The position numbers and the translations under genes are program-made. The notes below the pieces were generated by a model. That model was given only the letters and a program-made list of their open reading frames with translations, did not search any database and was not told the origin of the DNA. Source: Nitrospiria bacterium (GTDB lineage: Bacteria > Nitrospirota > Nitrospiria > SBBL01 > JAADHI01). From it: a stretch of 64,000 nt of DNA. Position 1 is the stretch's first letter; every line of letters begins with the position of its first letter. Location: NCBI GenBank assembly GCA_046756925.1, contig JBHHXH010000001.1:20337-84336 (forward strand), read 5' to 3'. Below are positions 27,695 to 36,757 of the stretch, in pieces.

Positions 27695-29587
27695 ATGGTT
27701 ATTTTTGCAATCGATCTTTTCGGGATTCGCCCCTTTGACCAACCAAAGCGGATCCTCCTAAAACCGGGGATGAATGCCGTCATCGGGCCAAACGGCTCGG
27801 GGAAAACAATGACCTTCCGGACCCTGTCTTCTCTATTCGTCAACACGCCATTCTCAAACATCGTCACCTCCCAAAACCGTCCGGCACAGGCCGCGGTCAC
27901 CTTCCGATCTCAGAATGGGGGTTTTTTCCGCATCGCCCGCGACTACCAAAAAGGCGCCTGGAACCTCTCAAAAATGGACTCCGGCACAAGAACGTTTTCC
28001 ACTGTCGAAACCGATCGGGATAAAATCGGCCGCTGGCTCCGCCAAGAGTCCGGCGGGTTGGATGATCAGAAACGGGGGCTGCTCTTTTTTATCGATCGCT
28101 TCCGTTATCCTTCACACCTATCATCGTCGAAAAAAGACGGCTTGCTCCCTCTGCCCGAATGCTTATCCGATATAACCAACTCGGGGCGTGAAGCGGAAGC
28201 GGAAGCGCAAACACAGCACTCAGCATTAAAACAGTCGAAAAACATCCAATCCTTGAAAACCTTGGAGAAAAAACAGTCGGCCATGGAGGCCGAGTACGAG
28301 GACATGCTCCGCTTACAGGACGAGGCCGCCTCTATACAAAAACGCATCAACCAATGCCATGCCTTGGATGCAAAGATTGCACAAATCGAAGCGGAGGAAG
28401 AGAAGAAATTCCCTCTATTTGCCTCGGAGGGCACCCTGCTGCCGGATCTTCTGAGTGATTATGAGACCGACCAGGTAGAGAAAAAAACGGCACTGGGAGA
28501 AATTGCGGAGGAACGGAAAATCCTGGAGGACGCGTTTTCGGCATTGAAAAATCAAGAATCCGGGTTTTTGAAGGACCGTTTTTGCCAGGCCGGCACGGTC
28601 CTTGTGGCCGCTGCATTTTTACTCCCTTTTTTGATCACCCTATCGGGGTTTCTACGGTATCTTTTTTTGGCGGGCATTTTTGGGGGAAGCGGCCTGTGCA
28701 TATTTGCCTACCTTCGGATTTTACGCCGCGTGGCGGTCCGGAGGAAGATAAAAACGGAACAACGCCATCTTACGGAAGCGGCACAGCGGCTCGAAGACGG
28801 ATTTAGAGAAACGCATCGAGAAGTGGTCGCCTTCATGCAGAAGACCGGCAGTCAAGATATCGCCTCTCTCAAGACGGCTCAGTCGACCTTCACGAACTTG
28901 GTCAAGCAAAAGCAAAATGCATCCGAGGAGAAGGCTCACATCCTCCAAGGAGAGCGCATCGAGGCCTTGGAGGATACAGTGAAAAGCTTGGCGGATGAGG
29001 CCGAGAAATTGAAAGAGAAACTTCAGGGATTCGAAGAGATCACCAGCGAAATTTATCGCCTCCAAGAGGAGACGCGGGGTGAGCACTCCCGCCTATTGTT
29101 GCCTTCATCTCCAATGAAGTCCTCCGTCTTTTCCTTTCCAGAACTTGAGGCGGGCCCCGCCGATACGGCGGAAGATTGCTTTATGTCTTCCATTCTTGCC
29201 GTTGCAAAAGGCGGAAGTTCCGATTCCAAACGCAGGCAGTTACAGGAAGATGTCGGACGCTTATACGATTTGTTTCGACCGGGAAAGTCCGGGACCATCC
29301 GTGTCAATGAAGACGGGCGTGTTTTCGAGGGGAGCACCCCCTTAAACCGCCTGAGTTCGGGCATGGCCGATCAGGTCTTTCTCTCGATTACCCTCTCCGT
29401 CGTCGAGCAATTTGAGGATGTGGCCTTTCCCATCCTACTGGATGACCCTTTTTTCAGCTTCGATAAGCCGTCGAAGGAAATCGCGGGCAAGATCATCCGG
29501 GACATTTCCAAGCATCGCCAGGTGATTTTTTTCTCCAACGAGACCTTGCCCTCCACCGAAGACGGACACCAGATTCAGCTGGCTTAA
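27695..29587 (+). CDS. SMC/YhaN-like AAA ATPase with a central transmembrane hairpin
   Basis: Walker A GPNGSGKT, long coiled-coil segments and two hydrophobic helices (VLVAAAFLLPFLITLSGFLRYLFLAGIFGGSGLCIFAYL). The C-terminus carries the signature LSSGMADQ and Walker B FPILLDDPF. Confidence 0.7.
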   Translation: MVIFAIDLFGIRPFDQPKRILLKPGMNAVIGPNGSGKTMTFRTLSSLFVNTPFSNIVTSQNRPAQAAVTFRSQNGGFFRIARDYQKGAWNLSKMDSGTRTFSTVETDRDKIGRWLRQESGGLDDQKRGLLFFIDRFRYPSHLSSSKKDGLLPLPECLSDITNSGREAEAEAQTQHSALKQSKNIQSLKTLEKKQSAMEAEYEDMLRLQDEAASIQKRINQCHALDAKIAQIEAEEEKKFPLFASEGTLLPDLLSDYETDQVEKKTALGEIAEERKILEDAFSALKNQESGFLKDRFCQAGTVLVAAAFLLPFLITLSGFLRYLFLAGIFGGSGLCIFAYLRILRRVAVRRKIKTEQRHLTEAAQRLEDGFRETHREVVAFMQKTGSQDIASLKTAQSTFTNLVKQKQNASEEKAHILQGERIEALEDTVKSLADEAEKLKEKLQGFEEITSEIYRLQEETRGEHSRLLLPSSPMKSSVFSFPELEAGPADTAEDCFMSSILAVAKGGSSDSKRRQLQEDVGRLYDLFRPGKSGTIRVNEDGRVFEGSTPLNRLSSGMADQVFLSITLSVVEQFEDVAFPILLDDPFFSFDKPSKEIAGKIIRDISKHRQVIFFSNETLPSTEDGHQIQLA

Positions 29588-29650
29588 CCCGGCGGCGCGG
29601 TTGGTGCAATCGTTCTCCTTGGGGAAAACCGTGCTTATTTCATCATCCCC

Positions 29651-31588
29651 TCATCTCCGAAAACGAACGAAAATTCGCCCCCGGATGCCGGGTGCCGGGA
29701 CACCGACGGCCTCTTCATAATCGGCGTCAAATAGATTATCGAGAACCACGCTCCATTTCCATTGCGCCGTCGGTGTCCAATGCGCCGCGAGATCGACCCG
29801 GAGATGCGCGTCCAAGTCTCGGTCTCCGGTCGCGATGGAAGAATCCACAGACTCTCCCACATACAAAATCGAGAGATTCGTGCTGAGGCTTGCTTTGGGC
29901 CGCCAATACGTATTCAGGCCACCACGCCATTCGGGCCGGTTGCGCAGTTCCTCCCGGCTTCCCTCGATATCCATGTGGGTATAGGTGAGGTGGGTGTTCA
30001 ACCAAAGATCGGGTGTCGATTTAAAAGACAGTTCGACTTCAAGGCCTTGGCCGGTCACCTCCGAACGGTTGACCAATGAAGGAGGGGGTCCTTCCGCCAA
30101 GTCGATTAAATTTTCATAGCGATTGTGAAAATAGACCGCGCTCACCTGGATACCCTCCAACGAAAGCATTTGTTCGATGCCGATTTCAAGGCTTTTGGCG
30201 GTTTCCGGCAGCAGCGAAGGGTTTCCGACAATGGCGTTGCCCAAGGCAAAAAAACTCGGTAGCTTGAAACCCTCTCCCCAGTCGGCTTTGAAGGTCGTTC
30301 CGCTCGAAACGACGGCATACATAAAACCGAGGCGCGGTGTGATTTCAGGATCGAAGCGCTCGGGATCGTCGACGCGAACGCTGCCTTGGAGACGGGCGCC
30401 CATTACCGGAATCATCTCGGTTTCGAGATAAGCGCTGTAGACCGCTCTGTCTTGTTCGAAACGATTGGGCAAGGGACCATCCAAAAACAAAAAACCCTCG
30501 CTCTCCCCCTTCTCGAGTTGGGCTTCCACCCCCAAACCGAAGTGCAGCGATGCAGAGGGAGAGAAGAGGGTATCGACACTCAAGTGTGAGCGATCGAAGT
30601 GATTGTCGCTCCGATTGGGCGGAATTCCAAAAGGGTCTCTGAGGCCCGGCGCCACCCCGGGTGAGTCGATCTCCTCTTGCCGATGATAATGGGCGGCATT
30701 GAGGGTGTATTCCCAAGAAGCGTTCAGGTCTTGACCGAAAGAAAATCCGGCCGTGAACATTTCTGCCTTGCGTTCGTCAAGTTCGGACAAGACGGCAAAT
30801 ACAGGACCGCCGCTGTCGTCCGGGAAGGATTCGCTTCGACTGCCGGACCAATGCAACGACAACTCCAGCCAGCTCGTATGGGAGGGCGCCAGTGACAGCT
30901 TGCCACCGATCTGCTTGCCGACAAAGCGGTTCCCCTCAACCACGCCGCCGTCATCGACATAAGAGAGGTTCAGTGCGTAGTCCGCGGAACCCAAGGGGCC
31001 GCGCGTTTCGACTCCGGCGCGGTAAAAGTCCCCCGCGCCGCCTCCCAAGTCGATGACCGTTTGGGGACGGGCCGTCCCGGAACGGGTCGTGATGTGGATG
31101 ACGCCCCCCATCGCATCCGATCCGTAGACCGAAGAAAGCGGTCCTCGGACGATTTCGATCCGTTCGATGCCAGCCGGACTCAGTGTCGACATATCGAAGG
31201 ATCCACCTCGGCTGTTGGTCGGGTCGTTGACCTTGACCCCGTCGATTAAGATCACGGTGAAATTCGGGTCGGCTCCCCGGACATAGACGGAAGCGATCCC
31301 GCCGCGCCCGCCCGGCTGATCGATGTGGAGGCCGGGCACTTGCCGAAGCAGGTCCACCACGCTGACCGCCTGCCTTGCCTCGATCTCCTCACGTTCGATC
31401 ACGGTGATCCCGGCCGATGCCGTTTCTATTGTCGCGGGAAGGTGCGAGGCCGAAACCACGAGGGGATCGAGTACCTTTGGAGGCTCCTGCTCACCAAGGA
31501 CTTCCCTTCCCAAACTCAAAAAAACGAACAGGAGGCCTAAGATTAGACGCACGGATGGACCCTTCGCCCGGCAGGAATATTCATTCAA
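29651..31588 (-). CDS. TonB-dependent outer-membrane receptor
   Basis: TonB-box-like DPLVVSAS, plug motifs (VYVRGADPNFTVILIDGVKVNDP, IEIVRGPLSSVYGSDAMGGVIHI) and a long beta-barrel region. The start is ambiguous: TTG 31588, or the in-frame GTG 36 nt downstream. Confidence 0.85.
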   Translation of the reverse strand: MNEYSCRAKGPSVRLILGLLFVFLSLGREVLGEQEPPKVLDPLVVSASHLPATIETASAGITVIEREEIEARQAVSVVDLLRQVPGLHIDQPGGRGGIASVYVRGADPNFTVILIDGVKVNDPTNSRGGSFDMSTLSPAGIERIEIVRGPLSSVYGSDAMGGVIHITTRSGTARPQTVIDLGGGAGDFYRAGVETRGPLGSADYALNLSYVDDGGVVEGNRFVGKQIGGKLSLAPSHTSWLELSLHWSGSRSESFPDDSGGPVFAVLSELDERKAEMFTAGFSFGQDLNASWEYTLNAAHYHRQEEIDSPGVAPGLRDPFGIPPNRSDNHFDRSHLSVDTLFSPSASLHFGLGVEAQLEKGESEGFLFLDGPLPNRFEQDRAVYSAYLETEMIPVMGARLQGSVRVDDPERFDPEITPRLGFMYAVVSSGTTFKADWGEGFKLPSFFALGNAIVGNPSLLPETAKSLEIGIEQMLSLEGIQVSAVYFHNRYENLIDLAEGPPPSLVNRSEVTGQGLEVELSFKSTPDLWLNTHLTYTHMDIEGSREELRNRPEWRGGLNTYWRPKASLSTNLSILYVGESVDSSIATGDRDLDAHLRVDLAAHWTPTAQWKWSVVLDNLFDADYEEAVGVPAPGIRGRIFVRFRR

Positions 31589-31825
31589 TCACCTCCGCCG
31601 CACATTCCTAAAGAAGGAGGACACCTTCGATTCAGGACAGAACAATCTCAAGTTTGCAGGCCGAAGCTTATCAAAAGGAAAACGCCTTTGCCAGCATGAA
31701 ATAAAGAAGGTTTCGATTCTCAAAGTGTCTTTACAAACGCCTTAAAAATTTTTTGGGTATGAAAAAATTTTTCATCGTTGTAAAATGCAGCCGAAATAAA
31801 ATTCCCATTATTGATCGTATCCATC

Positions 31826-31855
31826 CAAATAAGACCTTGGCAAATAAGACCTTGG
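31826..31855. repeat. Perfect tandem direct repeat, 2 x 15 bp (CAAATAAGACCTTGG)
   Basis: Read directly. It lies 10 nt upstream of the MoaD-like GTG, in the divergent intergenic region. Confidence 0.9.
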
Positions 31856-31865
31856 CTCGATCGTT

Positions 31866-32135
31866 GTGGCGTTCGTTTACCTGACTCCTCTTTTAAGCCG
31901 CCATGTAGACACGGCCGGTTTCGAAGTCACCGGTGAAACCCTTTGTGAGATCTTTGAGGCGGTCTTTTTAGAACGTCCGGCTCTGCGCCCATATCTACTG
32001 GACGACCAAGGCCGTTTGAGGCGGCATGTCACGGTGTTCATCGACGGGCAACGTCTTTCGGACCGAGAGACCCTCAACGATCCGGTCCGGCGTTCGAGCG
32101 AGGTTTATATCATGCAGGCCTTATCAGGGGGATAG
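31866..32135 (+). CDS. MoaD/ThiS-family ubiquitin-like sulfur-carrier protein
   Basis: 89 aa with a beta-grasp family pattern (FEVTGETL...HVTVFIDGQRL...EVYIMQALSGG) and a C-terminal Gly-Gly. Confidence 0.75.
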   Translation: MAFVYLTPLLSRHVDTAGFEVTGETLCEIFEAVFLERPALRPYLLDDQGRLRRHVTVFIDGQRLSDRETLNDPVRRSSEVYIMQALSGG

Positions 32136-32137
32136 TG

Positions 32138-32904
32138 ATGTCGGATCGACTTTGGGTGGCAACACGAAAGGGGCTTTTCCGCCTCGATCGGATTGCAGGA
32201 GGGTGGCGAATGTTCAAACCGTTTTTTTTTAGGCGATCCAGTCTCTTTTGTCCTTTCGGATTGGCGTGACGACGCCGTCTATGCTGCGCTTAACTTGGGG
32301 CACTTCGGTGTAAAGTTGCATCGTTTACCGGATGCCGGTGCACATTGGGAAGAAATCGCCGCACCGGCTTATCCCCCTGGAACACCGGAGACGGAAGACG
32401 ACGGCAGCGTAAAGCTGTTATGGTGTCTCGCAGCGGGGAGGTTCAACCAAGCGGGTTGGCTTTGGGCCGGCACCATCCCCGGCGGTTTGTTTTGCTCGAA
32501 TGATTTCGGGAATAGCTGGAACCTGGTCGATGCGCTTTGGTCCTTGACGGACCGTCGGGAATGGCAAGGCGGCGGTTATACGATCAGCCCGGTATCCATT
32601 CGATTTGTGTCGATCCCCGCGATGGCCGACATATCGTCTTGGTATCTCCGTCGGCGGGATCTGGCGAAGCACGGATGATGGAACATCCTGGGCTCCGTGG
32701 AGCCAGGGTCTCCGAGCCGCATACGTGCCAGCGGCGCTGTCGGGTGCGAATCATCACCAGGACCCGCATGCCGTACGACAATCGGCCGCCGGTCCATGCG
32801 GTTTCGTTCTCGTAAAATTAAAAACAGGACCCGGCCTTCGGATACCATCGCCGGACCAAGACCGTACCGGGCGGACCCGACCATTTAAACGTCCGCCGTT
32901 GTGA
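32138..32904 (+). pseudogene. Frameshifted, 3'-truncated BNR/sialidase-like beta-propeller gene
   Basis: The homologous reading continues across four frames: MSDRLWVATRKGLFRLD..KP | FFLGDPVSF...WLWAGTIPGGLFCSNDFGNSWN...WQGGG | YDQPGIHSICVDPRDGRHIVL | GISVGGIWRSTDDGTSWAP...HHQDPHAV. The first shift falls at a T9 run (32222-32230). Recognisable sequence is lost after ~32790. Confidence 0.7.
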
Positions 32905-32932
32905 CAAGACGATCCCTCGAGGAGGAAAGACG

Positions 32933-33535
32933 ATGCGCAACATACTCTGCTTTTTCTTACTTTTATTTCCATTGCATGCCGCTTTAGCACAAACAACGGA
33001 AGTCGACCTTCCCGGCAGCGTGACCGCACAAGCGACCAGAAAATACAAGAACCTCTCACCGGATGAAAAATGTACGAAAATAGATTTCCGTGTGCTCCAC
33101 GGCTGCCTCGAAGCGCGTTTTTTCGATCCGAGCGCAAGGGTCTACTTCGATACCGGCACGGACGGCGCCAACGAAATCGATATATTTAACAACGGGGGCT
33201 TAAACGCCACCATCGATTTCGTATCGATTTATATCCCTTGGAGACTGGGTCGGGGAAGGTATTATGACGTCTGGTCCTGGGGGCCCTTGTTCGGCGCCGG
33301 CATCAGCGCCGCGCCACAAGATTCAGAGGACGGCACCCAAAAGGCCTCGGATTCTCCCGTGGTGTTATTTTCGACAGGCCTGATGTTGGAATATAAATTT
33401 GAGGACGGACCTTCCTTTGGGTTCGAAGTGGGATACGCCCTCGGTTTTTCCTCGGACGAATCCCTCAGCAATAACAATGACAATGCGGCCTATGTCGGTT
33501 TAAAAATCAACATCCCCACCAGCCAGCGGGAATAA
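32933..33535 (+). CDS. Hypothetical secreted protein (possible small outer-membrane beta-barrel)
   Basis: Signal peptide MRNILCFFLLLFPLHAALA and alternating-hydrophobicity segments. No family recognised. Confidence 0.45.
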   Translation: MRNILCFFLLLFPLHAALAQTTEVDLPGSVTAQATRKYKNLSPDEKCTKIDFRVLHGCLEARFFDPSARVYFDTGTDGANEIDIFNNGGLNATIDFVSIYIPWRLGRGRYYDVWSWGPLFGAGISAAPQDSEDGTQKASDSPVVLFSTGLMLEYKFEDGPSFGFEVGYALGFSSDESLSNNNDNAAYVGLKINIPTSQRE

Positions 33536-33583
33536 CGCTCTCCGATCCGCTTAACTGTACCCTTCTTCAGTGAAGGAGATCGA

Positions 33584-34171
33584 ATGGACACACAACCCTG
33601 TCTGTTTTGTCATAAAACGATCAACGTCAAGAGCCGCCTCTGTCCTTTCTGCGGTGGAGAAAACACGGCGGAAGCCATACACGAAACACCTGTGTGCCCG
33701 CGTTGCAAAACGGATCTGCGCCGTCATGACTACCGGGAGACGGTCCTGGACGCCTGCGCGTCTTGTGGAGGCCTTTGGCTCGACACCCGCGAATTCAAGC
33801 AACTGACCTCAAAACGCGACGTTTTTGCAGACGAAACCATCCCCTACGCGTTTCAAAAAAAACCGCTGCCTCAAGAGGCGGGCTACTTTTCCTGCCCGCT
33901 CTGTGACGATCTGATGCTGAGACAGAACTTCAGGAAGATTTCAGGGGTCCTGATCGATCAATGCCGCGATCATGGGGTGTGGCTCGATGGAGGAGAACTG
34001 GACCAATTACGGTGTTTTATCGCAAACGGGGGTTTGGATCAAAGCCAAGACAGGGATATCATGATGCATCGTGAAGAGATTTCGGCCATCGCCGCAAAGG
34101 TCAAAAATGTGGAATTCATGCAGCGGATCTTGAACCGATGGAAACTAAAATATTGGCTTTTTAAGGGTTAA
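33584..34171 (+). CDS. Protein with an N-terminal zinc ribbon and two TFIIB-type zinc-ribbon (zf-TFIIB-like) domains
   Basis: CLFC...CPFC, CPRC...CASCGGLWLDTREFKQL and CPLC...CRDHGVWLDGGELDQL. Confidence 0.65.
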   Translation: MDTQPCLFCHKTINVKSRLCPFCGGENTAEAIHETPVCPRCKTDLRRHDYRETVLDACASCGGLWLDTREFKQLTSKRDVFADETIPYAFQKKPLPQEAGYFSCPLCDDLMLRQNFRKISGVLIDQCRDHGVWLDGGELDQLRCFIANGGLDQSQDRDIMMHREEISAIAAKVKNVEFMQRILNRWKLKYWLFKG

Positions 34172-34245
34172 ACCAAATAAGCCAAAAAAAACCGGGCGAG
34201 GCCGCCGCCCCGTCCGGTCAATATTGCACTCAGAAGGCCTTTGTT

Positions 34246-34578
34246 TTAGGATACTTCGTCTCCAAAGGCCTTCTGGAGGAGGGGTTTGACTTCTCCCTTC
34301 CGTTCCATTTCATCCAAGATGTCGGTGTCTCCGTAGAACTGGCCGTCGATGAACACCTTCGGCAGGGTCGGCCAATTGGTCATCTTAGACAGGGTTTCTC
34401 TTTTTTCCATGTTTCTCAATACATCGATGACCTCAAAGTCGTAGCCGTATTTGTTGAAAAACACGATCGTTTCTTGTGTAAAACCGCACATCGGCATGAG
34501 TTTGGTTCCCTTGCCGTAGATTAAGATCTTATTCTCGGCGATTTCTTTTTTGATTTCTTCTTCGGTGCTATTTGCCAT
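34246..34578 (-). CDS. grxD: Grx4-family monothiol glutaredoxin (CGFT variant)
   Basis: KGTKLMPMCGFT active site (canonical is CGFS), WPTLPKVFIDGQFYGDTD, and adjacency to bolA. Confidence 0.82.
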   Translation of the reverse strand: MANSTEEEIKKEIAENKILIYGKGTKLMPMCGFTQETIVFFNKYGYDFEVIDVLRNMEKRETLSKMTNWPTLPKVFIDGQFYGDTDILDEMERKGEVKPLLQKAFGDEVS

Positions 34579-34633
34579 CGCTTCTCCTTGCTTTTTCTAA
34601 AATTTTTCCATTAACGACTTCACTGCCATGTCA

Positions 34634-34882
34634 TTATGGGGCGGCCGCTTCTTTCGGCGTTTGCGATTTGATCTCCAGGGCGTGGATGCGGCCGTCTTTC
34701 ATCGGTTCATCCAAGGCTTGGTAAACAAAGCGCTGACGATCGAGCAGGTTTTTCCCCTCGAATGCCTCGGACACAATTTGAATCTGAAAATGGTCCATCG
34801 TGCCCGTCCGATCCGTTACGGCCACCTCGGCATCGGGCATCGCCTTTTGAATATAAGACACCAGTACATCCTTGCTGATCAT
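34634..34882 (-). CDS. bolA: BolA-family protein
   Basis: DHFQIQIVSEAFEGKNLLDRQRFVYQAL...IHALEIK. 82 aa. Confidence 0.8.
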   Translation of the reverse strand: MISKDVLVSYIQKAMPDAEVAVTDRTGTMDHFQIQIVSEAFEGKNLLDRQRFVYQALDEPMKDGRIHALEIKSQTPKEAAAP

Positions 34883-35004
34883 CCTTGGTCCTTTATATTA
34901 ATCGACTTCGTTTAAAAAATTATAACCCAGCCACTTTCCGATCGTAAAGGAAAAATGTCGGAGCGGTTCTGACAAGGCAAAGTGGTCTTTGATATGATTT
35001 CGAT

Positions 35005-36240
35005 ATGGTTCGAAGCGCCGATCAACACATCATGATGCCGCCGGAAGATCGTCCCAAGTTACTGACCGGACGCTTTTTCCTTCTTTTTATGGGACATCTC
35101 TTCTTCGGATTCTCCTTTTGGCCTTATGTCCTGTTGCCGGTTTACCTGCAAGACCTGGGTTCCGGCCTCGCGGACATCGGCATTATTATGGGAACCGCCT
35201 CTGTTTCCGGTATTCTCCTCCGTCCTTGGATCGGCGTCGCCCTCGAACGGATTGGACGGCGAAGATGTCTTTTGATCGGGGGCTTGGTCTTTCTCATCGC
35301 ACACCTGCTCTACCTGACGATTGACCGCATCGCTTGGGAAATCTACATGATTCGCCTCATACACGGTTTTGGCATCGGGATTCTCTTTTCTACTTTTTTC
35401 ACCCTTGCAGCGGATATTTCTCCATTATCCCGCCGAACGGAGGGGATCGCCCTTTTTGGGATCGCGGGGCATTTATCGGGCGCTTTGGGCATTCCGCTGG
35501 GAGAACAGATTGTCCGTCTAAGCGGATATCGGGGGCTTTTTCTGGCCTGCGCCTCATTTACCCTCCTGTTTATCCTAATCGGTTTCTTTCTCGCAGATCC
35601 GCCCGTCGAAAAAAAAAGGGGTGATCTATTTGACGTCTATCGATTTGTAAAAACCACCTTCTACCCGTCAAACCGCGTTCCGGTGCTCGCAACGGGTTTT
35701 TTTGCCATCGGACTCACATCATACATGGTTTTTTTAAAACCCTATGCGCATGATATCGGGCTTGGTGTGTCCACTTTTTTCCTGGCCTACAGCCTCACGG
35801 CCGTCTCCATCCGTCTGATTGGAGGGACCTGGCCGGATCGTTTCGGCTTGAAGCGGGTACTCTATCCGTCTTTTGTTTTCCTGGCCGTCGGTATTGCATG
35901 GCTTGGCCTTTGGCCCTCATCTACCGGATTGCTTTTCAGCGGCATGCTTTGCGGCATCGGTCATGGTTTTATTTTTCCAATCCTGTCGGTCTTGTTCATC
36001 AACCGGGCGCCGGATTCGGAACGTGGCGCACGCATGGCCCTCTTTACGCTTTTTTTCGATATCGGTATCTTTATCGGCTCCCCCTTGTGGGGTTTTGTGG
36101 CACATGCCCATGGGTATATATCGATGTTCTTCCTATCGGCCGGCATCGTATTCGTCAGCATTCTTGCCTTTGTGTTCCTCGATCATTCAGACCATTTTGA
36201 TGTGGCTATTGAAAGCAAGCATCTTTCCGATTCAAAATGA
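35005..36240 (+). CDS. MFS transporter
   Basis: 411 aa with about 12 hydrophobic segments and an MFS loop motif-like LERIGRRR. Confidence 0.8.
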   Translation: MVRSADQHIMMPPEDRPKLLTGRFFLLFMGHLFFGFSFWPYVLLPVYLQDLGSGLADIGIIMGTASVSGILLRPWIGVALERIGRRRCLLIGGLVFLIAHLLYLTIDRIAWEIYMIRLIHGFGIGILFSTFFTLAADISPLSRRTEGIALFGIAGHLSGALGIPLGEQIVRLSGYRGLFLACASFTLLFILIGFFLADPPVEKKRGDLFDVYRFVKTTFYPSNRVPVLATGFFAIGLTSYMVFLKPYAHDIGLGVSTFFLAYSLTAVSIRLIGGTWPDRFGLKRVLYPSFVFLAVGIAWLGLWPSSTGLLFSGMLCGIGHGFIFPILSVLFINRAPDSERGARMALFTLFFDIGIFIGSPLWGFVAHAHGYISMFFLSAGIVFVSILAFVFLDHSDHFDVAIESKHLSDSK

Positions 36241-36311
36241 AGGGCATAAAAAAACCAAAGATTGATTTTATCCAATGACCCTGTTATAAAACCTGCATAA
36301 GAATATAAGAA

Positions 36312-36495
36312 CCTTCTCAGGTCAGCCCGCTTGATTGCCGGGCTTGAAAAGGGAATCCCGTGACAATCGGGAGCGGTCCCGCCGCTGTGTTGGGGGACGA
36401 AACCCACAAAAGAGCCACTGTCCAATCGATTCGGATGGGAAGGCGTGGGGAGTAGGGCGAACCCAGAGCCAGAAGACCTGCCTGGATGAAGGAAC
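36312..36495 (+). promoter_or_regulatory. Cobalamin riboswitch, copy 1 (aptamer)
   Basis: AAAAGGGAATCCCGTGACAATCGGGAGC...CCGCCGCTGT, GCCACTGTCC...GGATGGGAAGG and the B12 box AGCCAGAAGACCTGCC. Boundaries are approximate. Confidence 0.85.
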
Positions 36496-36540
36496 TCGCA
36501 AACGGTCTTCGATGGTCAGGACAGCGGGATGGAAAGAGAT

Positions 36541-36579
36541 TCCCCAGCTTTCATCATGAGAAGCTGGGGATTTTTTTTG
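36541..36579 (+). terminator. Intrinsic terminator (expression platform of riboswitch copy 1)
   Basis: Perfect 10-bp stem TCCCCAGCTT / AAGCTGGGGA, a 10-nt loop, then T8. Confidence 0.85.
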
Positions 36580-36606
36580 CTTGAAGAAGGAAACACAACT
36601 CAAACA

Positions 36607-36757
36607 ATCTGAACGGCTGCTCGGGAAGGCGGTGTAAAACCGCAGCTGCCCCGCAACTGTGATGGGAACGAAACCACCAACGCCACTGTCTTGCAAAACC
36701 GGGATGGGAAGGGGTGGGAGTAGGTCGCCCAGAGCCAGGAGACCGGGCCTTTCAGAA
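36607..36757 (+). promoter_or_regulatory. Cobalamin riboswitch, copy 2 (aptamer)
   Basis: P1 TCTGAA/TTCAGA, GGGAAGGCGGTGTAAAACCGCAGCTGCCCCGCAACTGT, GCCACTGTC...GGGATGGGAAGG and the B12 box AGCCAGGAGACCGGGCC. It ends ~35 nt before the receptor ATG. Confidence 0.85.

Noticed and set aside
31589-31865. A possible third cobalamin riboswitch upstream of the first TonB-dependent receptor
   Set aside because: Reading the reverse complement, I find no GCCACTG element, no GGGAA/GGTG core and no B12 box (AGYCMGGAGACCKGCC-like). The region is too AT-rich for the aptamer.
32222-32230. Explaining the beta-propeller pseudogene purely as a homopolymer sequencing error at the T9 run
   Set aside because: Correcting the T9 run fixes only the first of three frame changes. 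The other two are not in homopolymers, and the 3' third of the gene is missing. Genuine decay is therefore more likely, though read-level confirmation is still needed.
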